A stretch of 64,000 nucleotides of DNA, from positions 93,310,001 through 93,374,000 of the forward strand of contig OX597822.1 of the NCBI GenBank assembly GCA_951406725.2, read 5' to 3'. The position numbers were made by a program, and so were the translations under genes. This DNA is from Octopus vulgaris (taxonomy: Eukaryota). The notes under the pieces are model-generated. The model did not search any database, was not told where the DNA came from, and was given only the letters and a program-made list of their open reading frames with translations. Shown piece after piece: positions 19,550 to 31,914 of this stretch (positions are counted from its first letter, which is position 1; each line of letters opens with the position of its first letter).

Positions 19550-19796
19550 TACTCGTCCTGTTTTGATTTCGTTTTCCGTTTTCTTTAATATATATGAAGT
19601 TTATATGTATATAAAACAATAAAGGTGGCTGGAAGCAATTTAAAGCCAAAAAAGAAATAATTCAACTTCACTGAAAGTAACCTAGGTTGCAATGAGCACC
19701 AGCATTGCTAGAAATAGAAGTCAAAGACCCCTTAGTCCCAATATACATACATGCCTACATACATACATACATACATACATACCTACATACATACAT

Positions 19797-19831
<35 letters not shown>

Positions 19832-20109
19832 TCTTCTTTCTATTCTTGTCTTTCAAATCTATCAAATTCATTCGCAATGCAACGCACTCTTTGTGCCATG
19901 TCGTAGTTGTGAACACGAAAACACGTGGTTGCAGAGTGGTACAAAGCCCTACCTCTACTTACTTCTCACCTAGCTCCCCAAGTTACTCCTATATTCTCTT
20001 TCTATTGCACCTGCTCTCCCTTTTCCCCCTCCACTCTAACCATCCCCTCCTCTCTCTCTGTTTTCTCTCTCTTTTCTTCCCTTTCTTAGTTTTTGTTTCA
20101 AATTTTAAC

Positions 20110-20345
20110 ACAAAGCCACCAGTTTCAAAATGGGGATAAGTCGATTGCATTGACCTCAGTGCTCAGCTGGTACTTATTTTATGGACTCCGATAGGATGAA
20201 AGGCAAAGCGGACTTCGGCGGCATTTAAACTCAGAAATTGAAGTCGGACGAAATACCACAAGGGGCTAAACACAGAGGGGACAAACAAGGACGAAATACC
20301 ACTAAGCGTTTTTCTCGGCGCGGTAACGATTCTGCCAGCTCACGA
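20110..20345 (-). mobile_element. SINE A (A2) containing a 29-bp A1-tail insert
   Basis: GGACGAAATACCAC is duplicated at 20246-20259 and 20289-20302 around AAGGGGCTAAACACAGAGGGGACAAACAA. Confidence 0.8.
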
Positions 20346-20384
20346 CCTTTTTTGTCCAAATAATATTCCTTTGATTTATTCCGC

Positions 20385-20510
20385 CAATGCCTTTCATCCT
20401 CTCGGGGTCGATAAAGCCCCATAAAATAAGTACCAGTTGAACCCCGGGGTTAAAGTAATCGACTTACCCTTCTCTCCGATGTTGCTGGCCTTGTGCCAAA
20501 ATTTGAAACC
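20385..20510 (+). mobile_element. SINE A (A2) 3' fragment
   Basis: GCCTTTCATCC..GGGGTCGATAAA..AAGTACCAGTT..GGCCTTGTGCCAAAATTTGAAACC. Confidence 0.7.
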
Positions 20511-20700
20511 TCCTTTGATTTCTTACTTCTTCAGTCGAACTCTCTCTCTCCCTCTTTCTCTTTCCCTCTCTCACTCTTTTACTCCCCTTCTTTCTTACTC
20601 TCTTTAACGCTGTATCTCTTCTACTCACTTTTTCACCTTCTTTTAAAGGACCTTTCTTTCTCTCTCCCCTCTTTCAATTTCACTCTATCTCTCGTTCATG

Positions 20701-20731
<31 letters not shown>

Positions 20732-20763
20732 CTCTTTCTATTTCACTCTATCTCTCTATCATG

Positions 20764-20794
<31 letters not shown>

Positions 20795-22633
20795 CCCTTT
20801 ATTTTGCCCTGTCTCTCTATCACCCTTCTTGTTTCTCCTTCATCATGTCTCCCTTCAACATTCTATCTTTCTCTCACCCGTTCTCTCTTCCGCACTCCCT
20901 CTTTCTCTCTTCATTTTATACTCCCTTTCTCTCTCTCTCTCTTTATCTTTCTGCTTCTTTTTCACCTTGTCTCTTTTTCATACTCCTTCTTTCTCCCTGT
21001 CTTGCTCTTTCTCTCTTTCATGCTGTTTCTCTTTCACCCTGCCTCTTCCTATCTTCCATCCTGTCACTCTTTCACGCATATATTTCATTATCCCCCCTTC
21101 CTCTCCCTCCCCCTCTCACTCTCACTTTCCCTCTCAGTCTCCCTCTCCCTCTCCCTCACTCTTCTGTTTATTGCAACATCTTCGCCATCTTAATGTCTTT
21201 ATTTAACATAAAAGAACCAGAAAGATTTTTCGTTCTTGGAGATATCATAAATACCAGCATCCAAACTGTCCATTTTTAACCTCCATTTCTAGAACTTATC
21301 TTTTTATCTTTGGCCAAGTCACATGACATTTACAATGATATCCTTCCCATAATTCATTCGCAATCTAACAAACGTTCTTTCTGACAAGCTTAGAATAAAA
21401 GCGTATGTATGTATGTATGTATGTATGTATGTATGTATGTATGTGTATGTGTATATGTGTGTATGTATGTATGTGTGTGTATGTGCATGTATGTATTTTT
21501 ATATGTATATATGTATGCGTATGCATGTATATATGTATGTTTGTATATATGTATGTTTGTATATATGTATGTTTGTATATATGTATGTATGCATGTATGT
21601 ATGCAAGTGTGTATGTAAGTATGCATGTATGTATATGTATTCATGCATATACATGTATGTTTGTATATATGTATGTTTGTATATATGTATGTATGCATGT
21701 ATGTATGCAAGTGTGTATGTAAGTATGCATGCATGCATGTATGTATGTATGTATGTATGTATGTATGTATGCAAATGCATGTGTGTATATACATATATAT
21801 ATATGCACGTGTTTATGTTCGTATATGCATGTACATACATGTGAATGTATGTGTTATGTGTGTGTGTATGTAAGTTTATGTATATGTATGTGCTCGTACT
21901 CATGTGTGCGTGTATGTATATATATATGTGGGGGGGGTGTACGTATGTACTAACGTGTACGTAAGCATTTGAATGTGTGTGTATGTATTTGTGTATGTGT
22001 ACATGTATGTATGTATGTTTGTGTGTATGTACATGCATGTATGTGTACATGTCTGTATGCTTGTGTGTGAGTGTGTATGCATGCGTGTATGTATGCAGGT
22101 GTATGTACGTATATGTGTATACGTATATCTATGTGTCAATGTGTGTGTACGTATGCATGAATGTGCATGTGTATGTATGTTTGTGTGTATGTGCGTGTAT
22201 GTGTGTATATGTGTGCATGAGTGCATGTATGCATAACTGTATGTGCGTATGTGTAAAAGGGGGGGGGAGAGAAGGGGTATCATTTATTTATATTTATATT
22301 TATGTTTTTGTTTTTTTTAATATTGTCCCTTTATTTCAATGATATTGTCTGGTCGAAAGTCCTTCTTTTTGGCTGTTGATTTATCAGCAACACTAGCGAC
22401 CAAATGACGGCGGCGGCAGAGAGGAGACGATGGTGGAGATGGGGGGGGGGGCAGGAGAAATGGGTGGGTAATGACAGAAATATTTGGCGAAGTTTATAGA
22501 ATTGGGGGGATTCGAGAGAAGATAATTCTCTGACTCACAGACGATAGTTCGAAATAAATAAATAAATAAATAAATAGATAAATAAATAAATAAATAAGCT
22601 ATAACGAAGCTATAACGAAGATGGAAATGAGAA

Positions 22634-22682
<49 letters not shown>

Positions 22683-22709
22683 CGACGACGACGACGATGA
22701 TGATGATGG

Positions 22710-22788
<79 letters not shown>

Positions 22789-23110
22789 AGTGGTGGTGGT
22801 GGTGGTGGTGGTGGTGACGACGACGACTAAGAAGAAGAAGAAGAAGAAGACGAAGAAGAAGAAGAAGAAGAAGAAGAAGAAGAAGAAGAAGAAGAAGAAG
22901 AAGAAGAAGAAGAAGAAGAAGAAGAAGAAGAAGAAGAAGAAAATAAGGAAGATGAAGCAGCGATTGAAGTACAGGAGTAGGGGAGGAAGAGGTAGAAAAT
23001 GAAGAAAACGAGCATGAAGAAGAAAATGAAGAGAAAACAGGAAATTAGGAAAGAGAAGAAAATAAAGAAAATGAAGAAGAAAAGGAGGAGAAGGAGGAGG
23101 AGGAGGAGGA
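20510..23110. repeat. Low-complexity block: CT-rich, (TATG)/(TG)-rich, (GAT)n, (GAA)n
   Basis: Seen directly, with short unique interruptions. Confidence 0.9.
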
Positions 23111-23322
23111 GATGTGTTCTCTAGACTACAAAAGAAATTGTGCTGCATGCTAGAATGAATATTTGAGTAATTAGTTTTCTAAAAATGAGTATCACATGAA
23201 ATGAGTATTCATCTTGAGCACTCACCTAAGAGTCATTACCTCTCTGATAAAAATGGCATTTATTCGAATCGATACTGTGACTTGGGATTTACCACTTCCA
23301 TCAATATTGCCATATTTTTTAA

Positions 23323-23718
23323 GGCGGCAAGCTGGCAGAAACGTTAGCACGCCGGGCGAAATGCGTAGCCGTATTTCGTCTGCTGTTACGTTCTGAGTTC
23401 AAATTCCGCCGAGGTCGACTTTGCCTTTCATCCTTTTGGGGTCGATAAATTAAGTACCAGTTACGCACTGGGGTCGATGTAATCGACTTAATCCCGTTTG
23501 TCTGTCCTTGTTTCTCCTCTCTATGTTTAGCCCCTTGTGGGCAATAAAGAAATAGGTATTTCGTCTGTCTTTACGTTCTGAGTTCAAATTCCGCCGAGAT
23601 CGAGTTTGCCTTTCATCCTTTCAGGGTCGATAAATTAAGTACCAGTTGCATACTGGGGTCGATGTAATAGACTGGCCCCCTCCCTCAAAATTTCGGGCCT
23701 TGTACGTAGAGCAGAAAA
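23323..23718 (+). mobile_element. SINE A dimer (full A1 plus 5'-truncated A2)
   Basis: Junction AAAGAAATAG|GTATTTCGTC near 23555; whole unit flanked by AATATTGCCATATTTTT(T)AA at 23303-23322 and 23720-23738. Confidence 0.88.
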
Positions 23719-24680
23719 TAATATTGCCATATTTTTAAGGCTTATGACGCTTAAACTGGGATCAATGTTCGTATGTTAGCGCACACTAAGATATTCTCTG
23801 TGCGATGGACAGAGTGAGGTTAGTCCTCGTTAATCGAGACGTATAGATATATGGAAACTGAGAGGACATAAGCTAAAGCTAGCTTTTGAAGTGGAAGTTT
23901 AAAATGGACAAAGTTAATGCTTTATGAAGTTTGTAGCGAGAGCAAGTATAACTGACAGTTTGTGGTAGACTGAATAAAATTTATCCATACATCTTCATTA
24001 ACTTTTAAATACAATTTGGTAATACATATTCTAAATCGATTTTGAATAGATCACACCATTTTGCATTGTTTTAGTTCAGCTAGTTATGGAAACAGATAAC
24101 AGATCAACAGGGAATGTTACTTGCGACTGAACAGGTGAAATATTCTCTATCATCTGCTTGTTAAGCAGATGATAAAAAATATTTCACCATTACTCCAGCC
24201 TACAAGTTCCTGTCGGGGACTTGGAGACATTTTTATATTGGTTTTGTTTGAGCTCATGCAAACAACGTAAAGAATTCGAACGATATCAGAGATATTATGG
24301 AAAAAGTTAAACAATTGGAACGTGATAGTTCCACGAAAAATCAGAACCGAAGAACGTTAGGAAGTTCTTGTCAGAACAAAAGAATATCGAAGTCAAACAT
24401 AGTATATTTGGAGCATAGTAATTGTAGACAAGATTTTAACTGAAACCCAGGAAAACCAAACGGTTAATATGTAAAATCAAATCAAATCAAATATCTAAAA
24501 TAACATAATATGATATAATAAATTGTGTGTGTGGTCGAACAAACTAATCAGAGGTACAAGAGTTCAATATATGATCGCCCTGGCTGAAATACATTTATGT
24601 ACTTGTCATAGATTCGTTCTATGGGTCAAATATTTATCAATACTTGGCATACTCAGTACTGTCTTAAGGTATATGATCGC

Positions 24681-24990
24681 TGGGCAGTCCCCCGGGGACC
24701 TCACAGCTTTGGACGGTCGTTAGGGAACCTCACGCCTATGGGTAGTTGCCAGGAGGTTTCACGCCAGTGGCCAATTGCCAGGATGCCTCACGTCTCTGAG
24801 CAGTAACCGGAGGCCTCACGGCTCAGGGAAGTTGTCAAGTGGCCTCACAACTCTGAGTTGTCGCCAGTGGGGCTTAACTGTTCTGGACAATAACCTGGCA
24901 CCCCTACAGGTAGTATTTCGGACAATCGGCGTGAGGCCTCATGGCTTTGGATAGTTGATGGGTGGAGAATGGGAGCTCACGACTTTGGTG
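24681..24990. repeat. Degenerate ~29-bp GC-rich minisatellite
   Basis: CCTCAC..CTxTGG..AGTTGCCAG..GG recurs about every 28-31 bp. Confidence 0.75.
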
Positions 24991-25145
24991 GGCTATACGT
25001 AACAGTTTATCAGTTCAGTTGAAATACAATATTTTTAGTGTTGAGGGAGGCAGCTGAAGGGGTTCGGACACAATAAAGTGAAACATTATGGAAGCAGAAA
25101 CGGTGAGGCTTAAAGCTCATGTCGAAAATGTATTTGCTCACATAC

Positions 25146-26549
25146 ACCTATTTCTTTACTGCCCACAAGGGGCTAAACACAGAGGGGACAAACAAGGGCA
25201 GACATAGGTATTAAGTCGATTACATCGACCCCAGTGCGTAACTGGTACTTAATTTATCGACCCCGAAAGGATGAAAGGCAAAGTCGACCTCGGCGGAATT
25301 TGAACTCAGAACGTAACGGCAGACGAAATACCTATTTCTATTTCTATTTCTTTATTACCCACAAGGGGCTAAACACAGAGCGGACAAACAAGGACAGACA
25401 TAGGTATTAAGTCGATTACATCGACCCCAGTGCGTAACTGGTACTTAATTTATCGACCCCGAAAGGATGAAAGGCAAAGTCGACCTCGGCGGAATTTGAA
25501 CTCAGAACGTAACGGCAGACGAAATACCTATTTCTATTTCTATTTCTTTATTACCCACAAGGGGCTAAACACAGAGCGGACAAACAAGGACAGACATAGG
25601 TATTAAGTCGATTACATCGACCCCAGTGCGTAACTGGTACTTATTTAATCGACCCCGAAAGGATGAAAGGCAAAGTCGACCTCGGCGGAATTTGAACTCA
25701 GAACGTAACGGCAGACGAAATACCTATTTCTATTTCTATTTCTTTATTACCCACAAGGGGCTAAACACAGAGCGGACAAACAAGGACAGACATAGGTATT
25801 AAGTCGATTACATCGACCCCAGTGCGTAACTGGTACTTAATTTATCGACCCCGAAAGGATGAAAGGCAAAGTCGACCTCGGCGGAATTTGAACTCAGAAC
25901 GTAACGGCAGACGAAATACCTATTTCTATTTCTATTTCTTTATTACCCACAAGGGGCTAAACACAGAGCGGACAAACAAGGACAGACATAGGTATTAAGT
26001 CGATTAAATCAACTCCAGTGCGTAACTGGTACTTATTTAATCGACCCCGAAAGGATGAAAGGCAAAGTCGACCTCGGCGGAATTTGAACTCAGAACGTAA
26101 CGGCAGACGAAATACCTATTTCTATTTCTATTTCTTTATTACCCACAAGGGGCTAAACACAGAGCGGACAAACAAGGACAGACATAGGTATTAAGTCGAT
26201 TACATCGACCCCAGTGCGTAACTGGTACTTAATTTATCGACCCCGAAAGGATGAAAGGCAAAGTCGACCTCGGCGGAATTTGAACTCAGAACGTAACGGC
26301 AGACGAAATACCTATTTCTATTTCTATTTCTTTATTACCCACAAGGGGCTAAACACAGAGCGGACAAACAAGGACAGACATAGGTATTAAGTCGATTACA
26401 TCGACCCCAGTGCGTAACTGGTACTTAATTTATCGACCCCGAAAGGATGAAAGGCAAAGTCGACCTCGGCGGAATTTGAACTCAGAACGTAACGGCAGAC
26501 GAAATACCGCTAAGCATTTCGCCCGGCGTGCTAACGTTTCTGCCAGCTC
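25146..26549 (-). repeat. Tandem array of 7 SINE A1 units, exact 196-bp period
   Basis: GACGAAATAC starts at 25322, 25518, 25714, 25910, 26106, 26302 and 26498; only the unit at about 26310-26549 keeps the SINE head. Confidence 0.97.
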
Positions 26550-27170
26550 CCAATTCACTCACACATTCACCTTCCTCTATATATCTTGCAGAGTGAACTA
26601 ACACCCCGCACGTGACTGTCAGTGGACTGGACGAGTCTTATAAATAAATGAACCAGTAGACACAGTTGAGGTCGAACTGTGAGAGCGTTAATCTCCTTAC
26701 TGTTTCTGCGCTGGAGAGTATTGGATTTGTTATTGTGCGAACGGTTATAAGATAACCAACTCTTGTCACATTGCTTATTGTTATTCGCTTATATATGATA
26801 CCGTGTTATATTGTTACAGACACACATATCATGTGTCATCAGTGGCGATGTAAAATGGACATGCATTCATACATACACATTTACACATACATTCACACAC
26901 GCACTCGTATCATACACACATTCACACACAAGCATTTACATAAGATACACTCATTCTCACACATTCACATGCACATTAATTCTCTCTCATTCACACACGC
27001 CACCCACACACACACACACACATGTGCACGCAACATTTCCCAGCCGTTTCATCCAGTTAACGACCCGCAAGACAAGCTTGCAGGCTTGTTCCAGAGAGAC
27101 AGTCAGACACAAGCAAACCGAGTGGCAGGCAGGTAGGCAGACAGATAGATAACTGTCTAGATGTCAAAGT

Positions 27171-27622
<452 letters not shown>

Positions 27623-28104
27623 GAGAGGTGGGGGAAGAGAGGCGGAGTGGGAAATGAGGGAAAATCTGAAAGAGATCAATTGTTTATTTAGAGAAAGAGA
27701 GAGATCAGTTGCTTAACTTCCCTCGGGTTATTTTGGCAGCGGCTGCCTTATGTCCCTTGATCTTTACTTCACCCGCTTATCTTCACTTCATCGCCACTGT
27801 CTCGTGCCTACAGAATGGGGGTAACTTCCTAAAAATCGTGCCTGTTAAACACAAATCAAAACCTCTCTCGTCAATATGCATGTGTGTGTGTGTGGATGTG
27901 TGTGGTGAAACGTTGTTCAAATGTAAACTACGACAATGGCAGCAGGTGGAGGTGGTGGTGGGTAGGAGAGTAACATGGAGTGTATAAGGTGGAGGAACGT
28001 TATGGGGATGGTGGTAGTGATAGTGATGGTCGTGGTTGGGAATGGACAACAATAGTGGAAAATGTACAGAAAATGATAATTTCGCCACCAATATTACCAG
28101 CATC

Positions 28105-29040
28105 GGAAGGTAGCGGACTAGCAGAATCGTTAGTACGCCGGACAAAATGTTTAGCGCCATTTCGTCCGTCTTAACGTCCTTAGTCGAGGTCGCCATTTCG
28201 TCCGTCTTAACGTCCTTAGTCGAGGTCGACTTTGTCTTTCATCCCATTAGGGGTCGATAAAATAAGTACGAATTAAGCACTGGGGTCGATGTAATCGATC
28301 AACCCCCAAAATAAAGGCCTAGTGCCAAAATTTGAAACCAGTATAATTAGCATTGGCAATATTATTACTAGCTCTAGGGCGGCGAGTTGGCAGAAACGTT
28401 AGCACGCTGAGCGACATGCTTAACGGTATTTCGTCTGCCGTTACGTTCTGAGTTCAAATTCCGCCGAGGTCGACTTTGCCTTTCATCCTTTCGGGGGTCG
28501 ATTAAATTAGTACCAGTTACGCACTGGGGTCGATATAATTGACTTAATCCGTTTGTCTGTCCTTGTTTGTCCTCTCTCTGTGGTTAGCCCCTTGTGGGTA
28601 GTAAAGAAATAAGAATTGCTAGCACGGTCAGGCGAAATGCTTAGCGGTATTTCGTCTGTCCTTATGTTCTGAGTTCAAATTCCGCCGAGGTCAACTTTGC
28701 CTTTCATCCTTTCGGGGTCGATAAATTAAGTACCAGTTGCGTATTGGGGTCGATCTAATCGGCTGGTCCTCAAAAAATTCGGGCCTTGTACTTAGCGCAG
28801 AAAAGAATATCATGACTAGCTCTAGGGCGGTGAGCTGGCAGAATTGTTGGCACGGTCAGGTGAAATGCTTGGCGGCATTTCGTCCGTGTTAATGTCTTGG
28901 GAAAATTCCACCGAGGTCAGCTTTACATTTCATCCTTACGGGATCAATAAGATATGTACAGGGTCGATAAAATATGGGGCCGATGCAATCGAGGTATCCA
29001 CTTCCTCGAAACTGCTGGCCTTGTGCTAAAATTTTAAATC
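28105..29040 (+). mobile_element. Head-to-tail cluster of four SINE A copies
   Basis: Copies at about 28105-28340, 28378-28611, 28612-28808 and 28825-29040; flank AATATyATkACTAGCTCTAGGGCGG repeated at about 28358 and 28806. Confidence 0.85.
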
Positions 29041-29109
29041 AATATGACTAGCACAAGATTTCGGACTTGTGCATGTACACACACATAAATATACATAGAT
29101 ATAACCCCA

Positions 29110-29140
<31 letters not shown>

Positions 29141-29271
29141 CGTGCGCGTGAGTGTGTTATGTATGTCTGTGCGTGTGGGTGGGTGTATGTGTGTGTGTGC
29201 GTGCGTCATGTAAATATATATACATGTATGCATATATATGTATGTATATATATATTATATATATCACGTGA

Positions 29272-29380
29272 TCACGTGACCGACCAGACCATCAGATGTT
29301 GCTACACATCGCTGGTCACAATGCGTTCGCATTGTTTTAGCCTTCGAATGACGCCACCCCGCTGGCTAAGCGAGCAGGCC
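29272..29380. repeat. ~110-bp dispersed structured repeat, copy 2
   Basis: Matches 6955-7064. Confidence 0.8.
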
Positions 29381-29411
29381 AATATTATATATATGTATAT
29401 GTATACACACA

Positions 29412-29469
<58 letters not shown>

Positions 29470-29874
29470 CGAGCAAAACGCCCCCCTTCCAATGGACGGT
29501 GCTGAGTCGTCAAACATTTAAACCAAATTTTCTCAAACCAACTTGTCCGACCGTCCCATAGGCTTCCCCTTTGAGAAACACTGATTTAACTTAAATTTGA
29601 GACACCAAACAGGCCGGCTTTTTTTTTGCGCAAACTGAACGTGCAATTTTCTCGCGTACGCAGCTGATGTACTTGCGCGTACAAATGCACGTTCTCACGG
29701 CTTTATCGATCGCATTCTCACCTGGAATCGATTTTTGTAATTTTTTCAAGACTTATACACGCCCTGATACCGTCGGTATCTACATATCAAATTTGAACGC
29801 AATCGGATGGAGGATGCCTGAGATCCTACAAAACACACACACACAGACAAACAGAACGGATTATATATAATAGA
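29470..29874 (-). mobile_element. Non-autonomous Helitron-like element
   Basis: Minus strand begins A|TCTATTATATATAA with a subterminal (TG)/(TCTG) repeat and ends CTCG|T, the same CTAG-like end as 14584; no TSD. Confidence 0.55.
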
Positions 29875-30066
29875 TATTGTGTGTGTGTGTTTGAAAAGAT
29901 TAATCGAAAGCGCTCGCACACACTAGGAAAACAACTTCTTCCAAAAAGGTTAGTAACATTCCGATAAATGATTTTATAACTTTGTAAAATTTTTTTATCT
30001 TTTTAAAACAACAATCTCCTTTATACTTAAAAACAGTATTAAGTAATTTTCATATATATTTATATA

Positions 30067-30587
30067 CTACCCTAAGAGTTTAATTAATGATAAAATGTTT
30101 TTTGGCTAATTTCGGAAGAAAATCGGCAATTTACTTATTTAGTGCCGGTTGAGTTCCGCATTTGTGCGGTGGATTCGAAAAATTAGAACCTATAGTCACG
30201 TGGCTGATTATTTATCGCCCTGTGTCTATGCGTTCATTCCTGGCAACCTGCTGAAGAAGTAGCACCAGATATAGATTGAAATTATTTTATTTCAATCTGT
30301 ATTTAAGTCTGCAGAAACCTTGCAGAGTCTAGGATAATAAGGTAAAAGTTTTTATTTTTCAATCACTTTCGGAATTGCAACAATTAGTGGCTTGGAGTTT
30401 AACTGCTCTATCTAGTGAGTCAGATATCCTATTCTTTGGGTGTCTCTTTTGTGTTTGAATGTACACTGTATTCTTCTCTGAATAATGTATAGCTTATTGA
30501 CTAATTTTTTCCTTCTCGCCAGACCAATGGTAACTAAGAATTTTTTCGATAAATATTCTTGCTACCCTAAGATTTTAACTAATGATA
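30067..30587 (+). mobile_element. ~520-bp element with 26-bp terminal direct repeats and internal hammerhead-like motif
   Basis: CTACCCTAAGAkTTTAAyTAATGATA at 30067-30092 and 30562-30587. Confidence 0.6.
30247..30333 (+). ncRNA. Type-I hammerhead ribozyme motif with long helix-II extension
   Basis: CCUG-CUGAAGA-a-GUAG..[16-bp hairpin AGAUAUAGAUUGAAAU/AUUUCAAUCUGUAUUU]..CUGC-a-GAAAC-CUUGCAGA-GUC^UAGG. Confidence 0.65.
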
Positions 30588-31689
30588 TATATATATATAT
30601 ACATAGACATAAGGTTTCGCAGAATTAAAGTCAGGTGCGGTGAAGGATTTCGTCAATTGTTTATATGGAGCTGAGAAGTAGAACACAATCGGAGTAATTC
30701 AAAGAGGAAAGGCTGGAGCATCGGGTAAGCTTGGGTGGCAGCAGAACACTGCCTGCTAGTCCAGAGGAGTCAGAGCAAATGTAGCAGTGGTTATTTACTG
30801 ATGTCATATTATTGTCAGCCATTTGATGCCCCGAGTTATAAGATGGTTTTCCTACAAAGCTTTATAACAGACACATGTTGATATTACACAAAATTATGCT
30901 TTCATCTGAACAAAAATGCTAAACGAGGGATAATTCTTGCTATTCATTAAGTAAAAACAAAAATTAATGAAATTGCTGTCGGAGGAGACAGTTTCAACTT
31001 CAAAAGACGAAATAACTTGATGAGGGGAAAATATAAGTTAAAAAGTAATTTATTCCAGTGCAAAACACTCTTAACATTCCGAAGACATCCTCAAAAGAAT
31101 TGGGTCGACGGAACATAGATATAAAGAAAAGACAGTTTAATTTTCCTTTTTTTCTCCTTGTTTTGTTTTGCTTTCTTTTTTTTTTCTTTTTGCTAACGAT
31201 AACTTCAGTTGCACGATTATTGCGTTCTTATAACCGTAATGGCGTGGTTTCTGCTGATGAGAAACAACAAAGCCAAGTTGCAAACGACAGCTGATAAAGA
31301 GAACAGTTTGGCATTACTAAATTAAGATTATCTGAGAACATGTTTTGCTCGTCGACCAACCTCTGACGAAGAGGATCGCATGACAGATAATTGCCACCAG
31401 TGAAGATGAGTAAAGGTGGGTATAGTGGCCAAATGGTTTGCAAGCATAGATCTATAATAATCATGCGCATGTGAGCCGGAGAATACAACAGTTACAGAAC
31501 AGGGTAGCTATCTCTGTGGGCAGCTGTCGCTATTCTGGAGTGTGTCATGTAAGATATCTTTCTATTATTTTACTAAATAAATGTTTCTCTATCCCCGAAT
31601 TAAACTTAGTAACTTTAATAATTTACCTTCATCGCCTATAAGACAAAATTAAGGATTTAGTATTGTCTTATCCTCCTCATTATTATTAA

Positions 31690-31895
31690 TTTGGTTTGGC
31701 TCATGTTTGGTCTTATTCCCGATAAGATTTATGTGGTTAGCGGGTTACTACCTGTAACCTTAGGCATCTACAAGTTTCAGCAGTCTTTCAAATGCTTAGA
31801 ACTTCCCGATAATCCTTGCTGTCCTTAAGGGACAAACTTGCAGTACAATATCTACCGGGCAATCTATTTCAATTTCCTTCAGCCATTTGTCTCTA
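31690..31895 (-). mobile_element. R4/Dong-like non-LTR retrotransposon, extreme 3' fragment
   Basis: Translation DKWLKEIEIDCPVDIVLQVCPLRTARII resembles the LQK..LLGTA.I.R terminus of the neighbouring copies; short (TAA) tail. Confidence 0.6.
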
Positions 31896-31914
31896 TCATT
31901 GCTTACTGTTATTA

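Noticed and set aside
25146-26549. CRISPR-like regular array
   Set aside because: Units repeat in full with no unique spacers, there are no cas genes, and the unit is a SINE.
31250-31270. CTGATGA-GAAAC hammerhead-like string
   Set aside because: No helix II or closing helix I.
31224-31644. Possible solo LTR (TCTTATA...AATAAA...TATAAGACA)
   Set aside because: 5' end is not a clean TG and no TSD was found.
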